Part shown: positions 12,296-23,958 of the stretch, piece by piece | Position numbering within the stretch: the stretch's first letter is position 1 | Layout: every line of letters starts with the position of its first letter | Assembly (NCBI GenBank): GCA_010909165.1 | Contig: VJWM01000219.1 | Span: forward strand, 62,001-126,000 | Direction of reading: 5' to 3' | DNA length: 64,000 nt | From: Anthoceros angustus | Taxonomy: Eukaryota; Plantae; Anthocerotophyta | The notes under the pieces: model-generated | What the model was told of the DNA's origin: nothing | The model's database searches: none | The model's input: only the letters and a program-made list of their open reading frames with translations | Made by a program: the position numbers and the translations under genes

Positions 12296-12763
12296 ATGAG
12301 GAGCGTGTGGCAGCTTCCCCTGGCGCTGCTGCTGATTGTGGCGGCAACCGCAGTGGTCGGCAAGGAGCTGACGGCCTATGAGCAGCTGGAGGCTTACGGG
12401 TTCCCCAGGGGATTGCTGCCGGAGACGGTGGTGAGCTACACACTGGAGGAGAGCGGCAAGTTCGTGGTGAACCTGGCCGGATCCTGCTCCTTCACCATCC
12501 CCGGGGAGAGTATACCTGTCAAGTACTCGGACAAGATCACCGGCGTGCTCCATTACGGCAGCTTGAAGGACCTCGGAGGTGTGCAGGTGAAGGTGCTCTT
12601 CCTGTGGTTCGGAATCAACGGCATCGAAGTGCAGGGAGATGACCTCAAATTTTCAGTCGGCATCATCTCCAGATCCTATCCCGTCTCCAACTTCGACGAA
12701 GGCCTGGCGTGTGATGTCAAGTCCTATTACTCAAGGTCCAACCTCATGACCGCCTTCATGTAG
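12296..12763 (+). CDS. DUF538-family secreted protein
   Basis: Signal peptide followed by TAYEQLEAYGFPRGLLP...ITGVLHYGSLKDLGGVQVK, typical of plant DUF538. Confidence 0.9.
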   Translation: MRSVWQLPLALLLIVAATAVVGKELTAYEQLEAYGFPRGLLPETVVSYTLEESGKFVVNLAGSCSFTIPGESIPVKYSDKITGVLHYGSLKDLGGVQVKVLFLWFGINGIEVQGDDLKFSVGIISRSYPVSNFDEGLACDVKSYYSRSNLMTAFM

Positions 12764-13358
12764 CAGGCGCCGGTCGCTGCCTCTCCTTTTCTCACCAACT
12801 GACTATATGGATGTACTTTTTTACATTCCGCAAGCACTTGTTGTGCTCATACTTAGCTCGGGATTTTACTTTACAGACGCTTTATGAGTTCACTTGTGAC
12901 TGGCTCGCAGCAGCAGTAAGTCCAGATTCTGAACTTGTCTAGCAGAAACTTGTATACCTGTGTAGTTATTAGTACTTCTCTGGCACCTTGGCGTAGCTTC
13001 TATGTGGTAGTTTTGCATTGATTTGCAGGACCGGCGGTTGCTGGTGTCTGTGTTTAGGAATTGCTAATGAGAACTTCAGTCTGTGGCAGTCTGCTCGGAC
13101 AGGTCGCTCCTCGTAAGGCGGGCCCTGAACCCCCGAGCAGGATATGCCCGTGTTGTCGTTCATCACATTATTATTGAAACTTGTGGTCTTCAATTATATT
13201 TCATCTTCTCGGAAAGTGTCCGAGAAATTGCGCGGGGTGAAAGCTCATGACCTTGAGAAACTCGAAGCAAGACAACGGGATTTTACTTTACAGACGGCTA
13301 ATGACGCCGGCAGCTGATCCATAGGTACAAGAAGGAAGTAGATTTCTTGAACGCCTCC

Positions 13359-16116
13359 TTAGACTACAGACTTGCTGGCAACAGATGCCGCCAACTCTTC
13401 CAGCAATTCTTTTTGCTCAAGTGCCGTACATGACTGCCAACAACGAGGAGAGTGAGACATGGATGCAACAACCGCAGCGGCCACACCATCTGAAAGCAGC
13501 CATCTTTTCTTACTTGGACAGCTCCTTCGATGTCGCCGTTTAAGAAAGACTGTAAGTCGAAGTTGATCTTCGTCCGATGATCAGAGACGCGGTTGTCCTG
13601 GAACCCACCACGCATCAAGGGTTAGGAATCCGTGGGCGGGAGTCCTGATCCGATGTCTCTACTGCTACCAAGCATGCAGAGAGCAATTCTGACCTTGTAG
13701 TTGTATGTGCGGATCTTTTCTGCACGGGCACCAGTGCCAACCTGACGACCAGATCAGAGTAAAGGTGTCAGCACACTCGGCCCCTGGTTTTGCGTATGAG
13801 CTCAGCAAAGTGCAGCCCTGCGTACCTGTGACTTCCTCTGCGTACTTATTTGCTCTTGCCGTTCTCTCAGTTTGATCTCATACCTGACGCATTACAACCG
13901 TCCCATCACGGACAACACAACTAGGGCTCGTTGCTTCGAGCCATGAATAGCAGCCTGCTTCGCCCAAGAGATCAACACATGTTAAATGCAGATGCCTTAC
14001 AGCTTTGCACGGAGCAGCTGAAAGGCTCGAATCTTGTTTTTCAGCTGGGAACGTTCTTCAGTACAGAAAATGCGGATGCCGGTAGGCTTGTGCATGAGGT
14101 CCACAGCAGTCTCAACTTTGTTGACATTCTGACCTGAACAACCATTGAAAGCAAACGATAAGATTAGCCTGTCCTGAAGCTGATTTCATGGCATCTTGGG
14201 AATGCAGATATAGCTGATAGTGTTTACCTCCAGCTCCACCAGATCTTGCAGTACTCAGCTCTATATCTTTTGGGTCAATAACAACTTCAACCTCATCCAC
14301 CTGCAACATAAGGTGACAGAACCCCTCAGAATCATCACTTCAACCTCGCTTTACGCTGAGGTGAGTGTGAAGGATTCGATGCTCTTCACTTGTCATCGAG
14401 CTCACGCAAGAACACGCCACCAGATGCACTCTACCTCTGGCATAATGGCAACGGTCGCAGTCGACGTGTGAACTCGACCCTGGTTTTCGGTTGCAGGAAC
14501 CCGCTGAACACGATGCACCCCCGATTCGTATTTAAGTTTGCTGTAGACCCGTTCACCGGTGACTTCCATAACGTACTCCTTGTATCCGCCCTTCTCAGCC
14601 TTCAGGTGTTGTCAAGACATGGATACCAACCGATTAAACCAACACACCAAATACATACTCAGCAAGGTAAATCAGACTGATGCATCAAGTGAAAAGTCAC
14701 CTCAGTACTTGAAATTGGTGATACTTTCCACCTGTTACGCTCAGCGTACTTTTGATACACTCGAACCTGCAGCAGTTTCAAACAGTCAGTATGCAGATCA
14801 GCCAATGAGGAACTTGTCAGATGCCTTAGGACAGATTGGATACCAATAGAATATAGCAAGGAGGGAAGTAAGGGAACGTGTACCTACAAGATCTCCAGCC
14901 CATATTCCCGCCTCATCACCTCCAGTCCCAGCCCGAACTGCAAAACCATGTTGCCCAGGCATCAACAACCAACGTCTTCACCTTCCAAAATGTGAACAAG
15001 GTGAAGATTGCCACTGTTTCTGAAAGCTATACCTTCAAGCATGATGTTCCGTGCATCAAGAGGATCTGTTGGCAGTAATAGAAGCTGCAACCACAATGTT
15101 TGACAGTCTTCACAGAGTTCGGATCGACACCAGACTCCACTTACAATATAACAATGTGGTGCAGTAAACTGTACCTTGAGCTTCCCTTCATAATCCTTGA
15201 TTTCATCCTCTAGCAAATCAGCTTCTTCAGCAGCCATTGCTGCCATCTCTGGATCCTCGCTAGCATAAACTTTGGCAAGATCTGGTCATGTCAAGCATGT
15301 AGGCATTACATCAAGAACGTATACCCTTCTCACGCAGGGGACACCGAGTGGAGCACAGACCTTTGCTTTCATCATAACGTACTATGCAATCTTTATACCG
15401 CTGGAATGTCGAGACGACCTGCAACAGTTGACAACATCAGGGAAGTAGCCCTCGACACCTGTTACTCCTCCACCAACAGTCCATCGTCCAAGCAATTCCG
15501 ATACAAAACGCAAGGAATCCCACCTCTTCCAGTTCCGACACAGACTTGGCGAGCTTCTGATATTCTGACGGATCACTGGCAACCTCGGGATCCGCCAATT
15601 TCATCTGCAAAACCCATCACAGAGGGTACATTGCACCACCCATCAGCTGAACATGTGCCAGCAGCAGCCCCGCAGCTCTCTCTCCAACACCAACGAGATC
15701 AAATTCTCACCGACAGCTCCTTGTAGGTTCGCTCGGCAGATTCAAGCTTCGAAATAACATACGGCTCCTGCAGCAAGAGATCCAGAGAGAAACGCATATC
15801 ACAAACAGGCAATACCCGACAGTGTGCAATGCCTGCCAGAGCCCAGTTGCATTCCACCCGAACTTACAGCTTGGCACACAATGCTGCATATCCGGGGCCT
15901 CCTTGACCCGACAATTCCAAATTCAAACCCCCCATTGCCTCCCCACAAAGCTCCTCTTGCATCTCTACCCCTCCTCCTGCTGCTAACAGATCGTCCCCCC
16001 TCTGGAAGCCTGTACGAACAGCTGCAGCTCACTGCAGAAGTCGACAGAACCGGAGGTGCCAGAGGAGCAGCTGGCACAGCAATGGGCAGGTCACCTGCAC
16101 ATTTCAAAAATGCCAT
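13359..16116 (-). CDS. APG3: Plastid peptide chain release factor 1 (PrfA), many exons
   Basis: Transit-peptide-like N-terminus; [15 protein letters not shown]; [18 protein letters not shown]; SGGAGG|Q (GGQ split by an intron); IRTYNYK|DNRVSDHR; ends [14 protein letters not shown]. An alternative in-frame ATG lies at 16164. Confidence 0.92.
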
Positions 16117-16168
16117 ACCGCTGCAGTACAGCACTACGGCACTCCCTCCTGTGTTTGACAACATACTG

Positions 16169-16176
16169 AAACCCTA
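16169..16176 (+). promoter_or_regulatory. Telo-box (AAACCCTA) in the divergent APG3/UBP24 spacer
   Basis: Exact AAACCCTA between two head-to-head start codons. Function is inferred. Confidence 0.35.
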
Positions 16177-16395
16177 CGTTCCTCGCAGAAACCTAATTGA
16201 CGAAGGAGAAGGAGATGGCCCTGAATTCATCGCCAGTGGGCGAGTGATCGAGCCGATCGACCCCGAGTCCCAATTGGAAGACGGTCTCGGCAGCTGCGAG
16301 TACGTCTAGGTAGAAGAGAAGCTGGTGGGCGGTGGAATATGGGTGTCTGAAGCGACGCCCGGCAAGGCAGGGGGAAGCAAGGCATAGGCGAGGCC

Positions 16396-18015
16396 ATGAC
16401 GGAGCCGGTTTTCATATTCGGTTCGTTCAGCGAAGAGGAAGCCCTGTCCCAGCAGGGCAGTATGGTCCGGGCCCGGGGCGCTGGGTCCCGGGGACCTTCC
16501 AACGGTAGGGGAAGGGCGCGAGGAGCGGCTAACCAAGGGTCGGCCAGAAAGCCCCAGCAATCTCGACCTCCTAGTCAGGCAGTGAGCTCCTCGCCCAGAG
16601 GGCAGCAGCAACCGGCGGTGGATGTGGGCCGCTCTCCCGCACCCGATGCTGGTAAGAGTGCAGGCGACCAGGCCTCCGTCTCCAGAGCTGCCGAATCTGT
16701 GCAGGCTGTGAGGCCGGAGGCGGGTCCTGGCCCTGTTGCAGCTGGAGAAGCGGAATTGGTGGTGGGTTTGGCGGATTTGAACATGGGGAGGGCAGGGGCA
16801 GGGGCAGGGGCAGGGGCAGGTGCAGGTGCTGCTGCTCCTGCTGTTGCTGTTGCTGCAGCGTTCGATCCGAAGACGTTTCTACAGAGCCTGAAGGACGAGG
16901 CTGTCGGGGCGAGGATGAGATTGCAGCCCAGAGGGCTGGAGAACTCCGGGAATTCCTGCTTCTTGAACTCGGTTTTGCAGGCCATGCTGTCCTGCCCGCC
17001 CTTTGTGGATTTCTTGCAGAGGCTGCAGGCGCATCGGCCTCCCCCGCAGCAGTGTCCCACCCTTCTGGCGTTTGCGCAATTCGGGAATCAGTTTAGGGCG
17101 AGGAGGCTGGATGTGAGAGGCAGTGATGCAGGCGGTGCTTCCGGTGTGGGTGGTGTTGTTGTGGATGTGGGGCATCCCTTCTGTCCTAAAATGTTTGACA
17201 TGGTGCTGCAGAACTTCAGGCTGGAGGGTGATAAGTCAGATTGCAGGGCATCGCAGGAGGATGCGCAGGAGTTCCTCAGTTTCCTCTTGTTCCAGATGCA
17301 TGACGAACTGCTGCTGCTGGAGGGGAAGAACGGGACGGCACAGCAGGCCCCGATCGCAGCGGCCGGGGACGAGGACGACAGCTGGGAGACGGTTGGGAGG
17401 AGGAACAAATCTGCGTTCGTCAGGACGCACAGCTTCGGGTCTTCTAGTATCACTGCTGTGTTTGGAGGGAAGCTCAGGAGTGAGGTGAAGGCTACTGGGA
17501 GCAAGCCATCCGTGTCTGTGAGCAGCTTCATGCTGCTGCATCTGGATGTGCAGCCCAGCAGTGTGAAAACGGTTGACGATGCTCTCATGACCTATGTGAG
17601 TCCAGTAGCGCTCGAGGGGTACAGGTCCAAGGGCACGCAGGCCAGTGCTAGAAAGGTTGAACAGATCTTGGAGCTCCCCAAAGTGCTGGTACTGCATCTT
17701 ACCCGCTTCAACTTCGGGCCGCAAGGCGCTTACAAGGTCCACAAACCCATCGGGTTCAGCATGCGTTTATCCATGAGACCGGAGCTGCTGGCTCTCCCTC
17801 CCAACTCTCGACTGGACGGCCGTGAATACGAGCTTGTGGCCACCATCACTCACCACGGCCGGTCTCCATCTGGAGGGCACTACACCACCAACTCCAAACA
17901 GGCTGACGGGAGATGGCTTCATTTCGATGATGGATTAGCTTCCGTGGTCACACCTCACAAGGTGCTCCAGGATGAAGCCTATTTATTATTCTACAAGCAG
18001 TTACTGAGAAACTGA
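16396..18015 (+). CDS. UBP24: Ubiquitin-specific protease of the USP10/Ubp3 group, single exon
   Basis: N-terminal FIFGSF motif (FGxF); Cys box GLENSGNSCFLNSVLQ; QEDAQEFL; His box HHGRSPSGGHY; WLHFDD. Confidence 0.92.
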   Translation: MTEPVFIFGSFSEEEALSQQGSMVRARGAGSRGPSNGRGRARGAANQGSARKPQQSRPPSQAVSSSPRGQQQPAVDVGRSPAPDAGKSAGDQASVSRAAESVQAVRPEAGPGPVAAGEAELVVGLADLNMGRAGAGAGAGAGAGAAAPAVAVAAAFDPKTFLQSLKDEAVGARMRLQPRGLENSGNSCFLNSVLQAMLSCPPFVDFLQRLQAHRPPPQQCPTLLAFAQFGNQFRARRLDVRGSDAGGASGVGGVVVDVGHPFCPKMFDMVLQNFRLEGDKSDCRASQEDAQEFLSFLLFQMHDELLLLEGKNGTAQQAPIAAAGDEDDSWETVGRRNKSAFVRTHSFGSSSITAVFGGKLRSEVKATGSKPSVSVSSFMLLHLDVQPSSVKTVDDALMTYVSPVALEGYRSKGTQASARKVEQILELPKVLVLHLTRFNFGPQGAYKVHKPIGFSMRLSMRPELLALPPNSRLDGREYELVATITHHGRSPSGGHYTTNSKQADGRWLHFDDGLASVVTPHKVLQDEAYLLFYKQLLRN

Positions 18016-19110
18016 GGGCGGGCTCTCACTCCCAACGTCGTCAGGAACATGGTTGTGGTATCAGCAACAGCGAAGGTAGTCAGTCCACTACAATCCTCAC
18101 CCTTGTTCCCTGCTGGCTCCTTTCATGCAGTGCTGTCTACTGATCACTTCCAGTTGTCTCGCCCCATGTCTGCAGAGAAGGCGACTGGGACGAAAGACAC
18201 AGGAACGATATGAGGGTCCACTGAGGAAGACCTAACGAGGTCAGTGCATTCCCCTGTGATCCACCTCCACCAGAGATGGAACCCTACAAACACTAACTCG
18301 CTCCCTGCCTCCCTGCTTGCAGCTGGTGATCATCAGAGGACTCCATGCACCCAAACGACTGCACAACGTCGAAAGGCCATGCCACAGTATGTACAACCGG
18401 GAGCTGGCACTACACTAGAATCTCCATGGGTGGCACTGGCAACCCAGATCTCTAACTAGCGTTACCCGATGCCAACCCCTTTGCTGTAAGATACTGCAGT
18501 ATATGTACCTAGTCCTTAGAATCATGTCGACACAGTGCGTCATTTTGGAGTCAAAGCAGCTTGCATCCCGGACCCTGATTCCTCCCATCCAATACTGGGA
18601 TCGCACTGACCCAATGTACATAAGGCATGTATGCATGGAGGAATCTTACGAACGAAAGGCATGCCGTTTTCCACAGTTACCGTCGCCTACCTAGTGTGGT
18701 GAGGGAATCTGGAGGGGCTGTCCCCCCTTCCCTTGCTAGCAAGAGACGTCGGGACCGGGCCCACATTGCGTAGTCCAATCGGTTGCCAAACCACCCACAA
18801 CTCTCATGACGCCGGACACCCTCTCCACGGTCGGAGCTTTGTGTGACTCCTATGGACGGACGGTTTTCCCCATCTTTCTCCCATCGATAATTGTTTGATA
18901 ATATGGGGAGGAGCTTGCCAAATTTCTGTTGTTTTGAACTCAACGACAATTACAAGCAGCTTGGGTTGCCTTCGGAGGACTACTCCACATAGCTTGCCCA
19001 TGGCTTGCCCATGTCTAGTATTTCTTGTATACAATTTGATACAACATTCGAGGTTGTGAAACTTGGGGACAGTTTGCGTAATCTTTCACTAGTTTGCACG
19101 ACGCTAATCA

Positions 19111-19492
19111 GATCGTGTTGATAAAACTTGGGCAAAAGTGAAGACAGCTGCCCTCTTTCTTGCCATGCAATTACGTAGTTCAGTTTTGTCGCACAAGGTA
19201 AGCACTTGCATTCGAATATGCACTTCCTCTACAGATCAAGCCAAAAAAATCTATGCAAATATAGGTGCTAACTAATGAAGAATAGGAGAGAGTAGCTCGC
19301 GGATCGTGTTGATAAAACTTGGGCAAAAGTGAAGACAGCTGCCCTCTTTCTTGCCATGCAATTACGTAGTTCAGTTTTGTCGCACAAGGTAAGCACTTGC
19401 ATTCGAATATGCACTTCCTCTACAGATCAAGCCAAAAAAATCTATGCAAATATAGGTGCTAACTAATGAAGAATAGGAGAGAGTAGCTCGCA
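19111..19492. repeat. Near-perfect 191-bp tandem duplication
   Basis: GATCGTGTTGATAAAACTTGGG...GAGAGTAGCTCGC begins at both 19111 and 19302. Confidence 0.95.
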
Positions 19493-19924
19493 GATCGTGG
19501 CACAAACACACTCTCCCCACAAGAACAACACGCAAATTCCTTAGACATCGCTATCGGAATCAAAGCAAGTTGACCTCCACACAACACTCTTATATTGCAT
19601 ATGTATAGGTATCCTCTGTGAAGGGTCTATATATGCTAGCCCTTGGCATTGGCATATTCCTGAGATATCTTATCGGCATTAAAATATTCCAGAATATCCT
19701 AAGAATATACTATAATATGCAAGGAATATTCTAAAGCATATTATTGGTGCTTATCCATTTAGCTATGGCTAACCATGTTTAATTCATACTAATCAATGCT
19801 TAATTAACATAAGTGCTTTAGATAAATTGAGGTTAATTACTTACTTAAAGATAGGTACTAAGATTAATTAACACTGATCAATCATCGAATCCAAGCGCTT
19901 ACATTAGTGTCCCACGGCATGACA
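19378..19924 (-). mobile_element. Probable solo LTR (~547 bp)
   Basis: Termini TGTC...GACA, GTTT on both flanks (candidate 4-bp TSD), a TATATA box near 19630 on the minus strand, AT-rich U3-like part, no ORF. Confidence 0.5.
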
Positions 19925-21056
19925 GTTTTGAAACATGCATTTTGCAGGGCAATGCGCAACCCGGTACTTCTAACACACAAGCTCACATTGAATTCTAAAG
20001 CATCAGATGCAATCTTCGGCTTCGAATGCCACTAGTGTGTGCATCAAAGTGTAAAAAAAAATTGCCTCTGGAGTCGAAAAATAGCTCATTGTCTTCTCCA
20101 CATTATGTCAAAAACATCAAACAAGGGCCACTTGAAACGACAAAGATTTGGCCGTTCTTCAACGCCAAAGACTCAAAATGAGGCGTTTCGTCCATTAGGG
20201 GTTAATCGCTCACCAATAAAAGCACAATCCAAAGGCAACACAAGCCAAACCACCCACAACTCACGCGTTATCGATGCCAGATACTCTCTCCACGATCGCA
20301 GCTTCGTTTAATCCCTCACGAGCACAAGCACAATCCGAAGACAACACACATCTATAGCCAAATTAGGTCATCAAGAATGCAATGCTCTGTACAGATTTAG
20401 ATGTACAAGATTTCAACAAGCACGCGCATAGTGCATCTTGCATACAAGGGACTCACAAAAAAGGAGCAATCCAGCAGCAACTCTTGTACTCCAGCACCTT
20501 GCTCCAGCAATGTCATGCCAGTAAGTCACAGCTATCACGGCTGTCCTTAGCTCTGGCCAGCCCTTTGTGAAAAGGAGAATTTTTTAGAGAAGTCCTCCAA
20601 TGTATATTTTGCATAACTATAATAATAGTCAATAGACAAAATGGTTGTCAGGCACCAATGTTTATCTGAGTTTTTCAATATATGCACATATAAATAGTGA
20701 GTAATATGGCATACGTACTTACGTGGTTATTCGGATTTTGTCTATACATGATCGAGATGGCTCACGTGAATTGTAACAACTTCAATGCCCTATGAATTTA
20801 ATGGCTTGATCTATGCCCATTGGGAATTTTGACCACTTCAATTCCTAGTGAATTCCCATACATCATCAGGAAAGTTCTCATCGTTTATGTTGTTGTTTTG
20901 GGGGAAGACATTATTATCTGGCATGTTAGAAGACATTGTAAATGTTACTGTAGATTTAGGTGAACCTAGACAATGGTTAGACGACCCAAAACCCAACCAG
21001 CTCACCTTTTCTGGATGTGAAGTATTTAATTGTTGTATTTCAACCTATATGTGATG

Positions 21057-21449
21057 TCATATATCAATTAGAAGGGGAAATAGTAACTTTGGGGGATGCA
21101 ACGTTGCACCACTATCTATCACCCTGTGAGCAATTCCAAAACTTTCATCATCATCCGCCACCGCGAGAACCGCCACTGCGAGAATGGCCTGCTTGTTAAC
21201 TATCAAGCTACTCATACTTAAAAGAAAGCTAGCAAATCTAGTGTTCACATCCTTTTGTAACTCCTGTTTGATCTTCAGTCTGCGTTGTGTTTTTTTAAGA
21301 AAAGCATGTAGAGTTGCCTTTGCTCCACAAGCCATATTTCTCGCTAAAGCCTCCTTCATGCCGCCACCACCCGCATTCCACAATCCGTCTGAAGTCGCAC
21401 TCGTAAGTGTGCCAAAGGGGTCTGCGCTCCGGTCTACCTTACATGACAA
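21057..21449 (-). mobile_element. hAT-superfamily transposase fragment
   Basis: ELQKDVNTRFASFLLSMSSLIVNKQAI resembles the conserved TRW/TRF block of hAT transposases; the ORF is truncated. Confidence 0.55.
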
Positions 21450-23958
21450 GGATCATCTTATCTTATCTTTCTACTATAATTATTTTAATAATCAAATATT
21501 ATAAATACTTATTCTTTTTTACATACATAAGTAATTTTACAGTTATATAATTACATTTTTTATTACTATTAAATATAACTGTAAAATATTATTTCACCTT
21601 CATCATTACTAGAGTGTTGGGGTCTTACCCGTAGTACTGACAAGCCCAGGCCCGGGCTCCATCGCTGCATCGAGGGTCTGGGATTGCGTCCGTGAAACCA
21701 CTTTTATTGAATTGAATATTATACGTGCTGGAAACACTGGTGAACGGGTCCATGGAAATGGGCGTTATGGAAGTAGACCGGCCACTTTTAGCCCGTGGCG
21801 ACGGTAGGTCGGGGCATGTGCTTTGCGGGTCCGGGTCCGAGTCCGGGCCCGGGGCCGGGGCCGGGGTCGCGCGGGTTCCATTGCCTTGTCCCAGCACAGC
21901 GCATAGCGCATAGCGCATCGGGGTCACGGAGTAGACAGCGATGTGGGCCCCACCCGCTCATGCCCCCGGCTCCGCTGCCAACTGCACTGCTCACTACTCA
22001 CTGCCAGCTTGTTTCACCCGCGGTTAGCGTACCTGACCTGATGGCGACACGTGGTGCGGATACACGGGCTGTGCCGTTTATTGAGTCTATCTCTCCTCAT
22101 GTCATGTGACCTCACCATGTGCATTTCCGCCATACAGCTTTTCCTCTTTCATCGTCCTCATCACGTCACTCTGTGCTCTTCGCCCATCTTTGTTCGCCAT
22201 ATGGTCTCAACATGAGCGAATTGAAGCCACGTATTGGTAGAATTGGGTTCTCACTAGCTTCTCCACGCTTAAGTTTCGAGCTTGTTGGAATTGGGTTTTT
22301 GATATTTGTAAGCGGAAATGTTGAGACTAGACATTGTATCTAATGTACACTTGTGCATCTAGGAAGATTAAGTTTTATTGTTTATGGAGATGTCCCCTGC
22401 ATGATCATGAATCATTCAACTTGTGAAGTAGAATAATGACTTATGAGAATATTTAACGACTTATTGTGGTTTATTTATTATCATTTACATGCCGTGGCAG
22501 CTCGTTCATAAAATAGAACATAGAATCGAGATGTCGTGTATCGAATATGGAAATGACATATAGAGAATAGTAGATTGAGTTATTTTTGTAAGAAAAAATT
22601 ATCCAAGATATCTAAACTGAATATATATGTACTTGAAAGAAGGTGGCAAAAGAAATATATACCTGCCCTCTAAAGAACAAACTAGAAATAATTAGGATAA
22701 AATTCCATAAGGAAACGGTAGGTATTATACTAGGTTCTACCTATTCATAACACACCCGAGAATGCATAACATCGAGAAATTTCGCAAGAGCTACGGCATA
22801 AATTACGTGGGTATCCAAGGCCCGCTGCGAATTTGCTGTAAAAGAAGACGCAAATACAAATACGAATCGAGGTAGAGACTTATTTCAAATTAAGAAAAGC
22901 TACGAAATTCGTCCAGAGTGAAAACATGATGACATAGGTATGTAGAAAGCATGACATGGCGGTATATCTGTTGCACTCTGCCTTGTTCCATAGAAATGGG
23001 CGAAATTTGCCTTGCTCTTTCCTCTTCTGGCTCCTCCTGCTTCTTCTTCCTCTTCTTCCCGGCTCGTCCCGAGTCTGCTTCACCCCGGATCCCGATCTAC
23101 ACCGACCGCAATCCATCGGCACAGGATTTTGGCAGTGTCGGACTCCACGCGTCCTCCCCCGCATTTGGCCTGGGATTAGGGATTGCGAATGTGAGTGGCG
23201 AATGTGCGGAGTGGCGAACTTGATTAGGGATTGTTGCAAGGCGCTTGGTCCGGCTGTGATGAGCCGGGGTTTGGATTGGAGATACTGCTTTTATGCTTGT
23301 GTATGTAGGCTTCTGCTGCTACATGGAGTATTGTTCGCTCAGTGGAGGCGGGACGTGGTCGGATCTGATGGTCTACGTGTCGTGTGGCAGATTCCGGCAG
23401 CTTGAGGCCCTTGTGTATTGTTCCTCTTAAGATTGGCCTGGATTTTTGTTCCGTGGAGGCCGAAATTGGCCGTTTGGTGGCTTATTCGCGTTGAGGATTG
23501 GGAGGGTGGAGCTGTGGCTTTGTGTGCTCCTTTCCTTCTCGCACCCGGATTGCTCACGGGAAGTGTGGAAGACGGCCTCGAATTTTGAAAAATGAGGTGT
23601 CTGCAACGGCCAATCTTGTGGAGAGAATTTCGAGCGACTCAGCAACTCACGGTCGATGTGCTAGTGATGCGTAGCTAAATGCGGTTATTCCTGTGAAAGA
23701 GGATGACTGCTGGTTTGGTGATTGCAAGGAGTTGCTACAGACCGTGGACTAACCGGTCCGATAGTGACCGTTTTCAGTATCACTGGCAGATTGGCACTAA
23801 AGTATGCGGGAAAGCTCGGTGATCTGCTAACGTGTCTTTGGATTTCGGAGCATTGTGAGAGAGATGCGGAGAAAGTGAGGTCTAGAGAGTGCATGGAAGT
23901 GGAGCCAGGGCATGGGAGCATTTCCAATAAGAAAGTTTCATAGAGGCTCGGGCGTGAA

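Noticed and set aside
16789-16830. (GCAGGG)n microsatellite
   Set aside because: Simply encodes a Gly-Ala linker in UBP24.
21455-21610. Helitron 5' end (TCTTATCTTATCTTTCTACTATAA)
   Set aside because: No convincing matching 3' hairpin-CTAG terminus was found.
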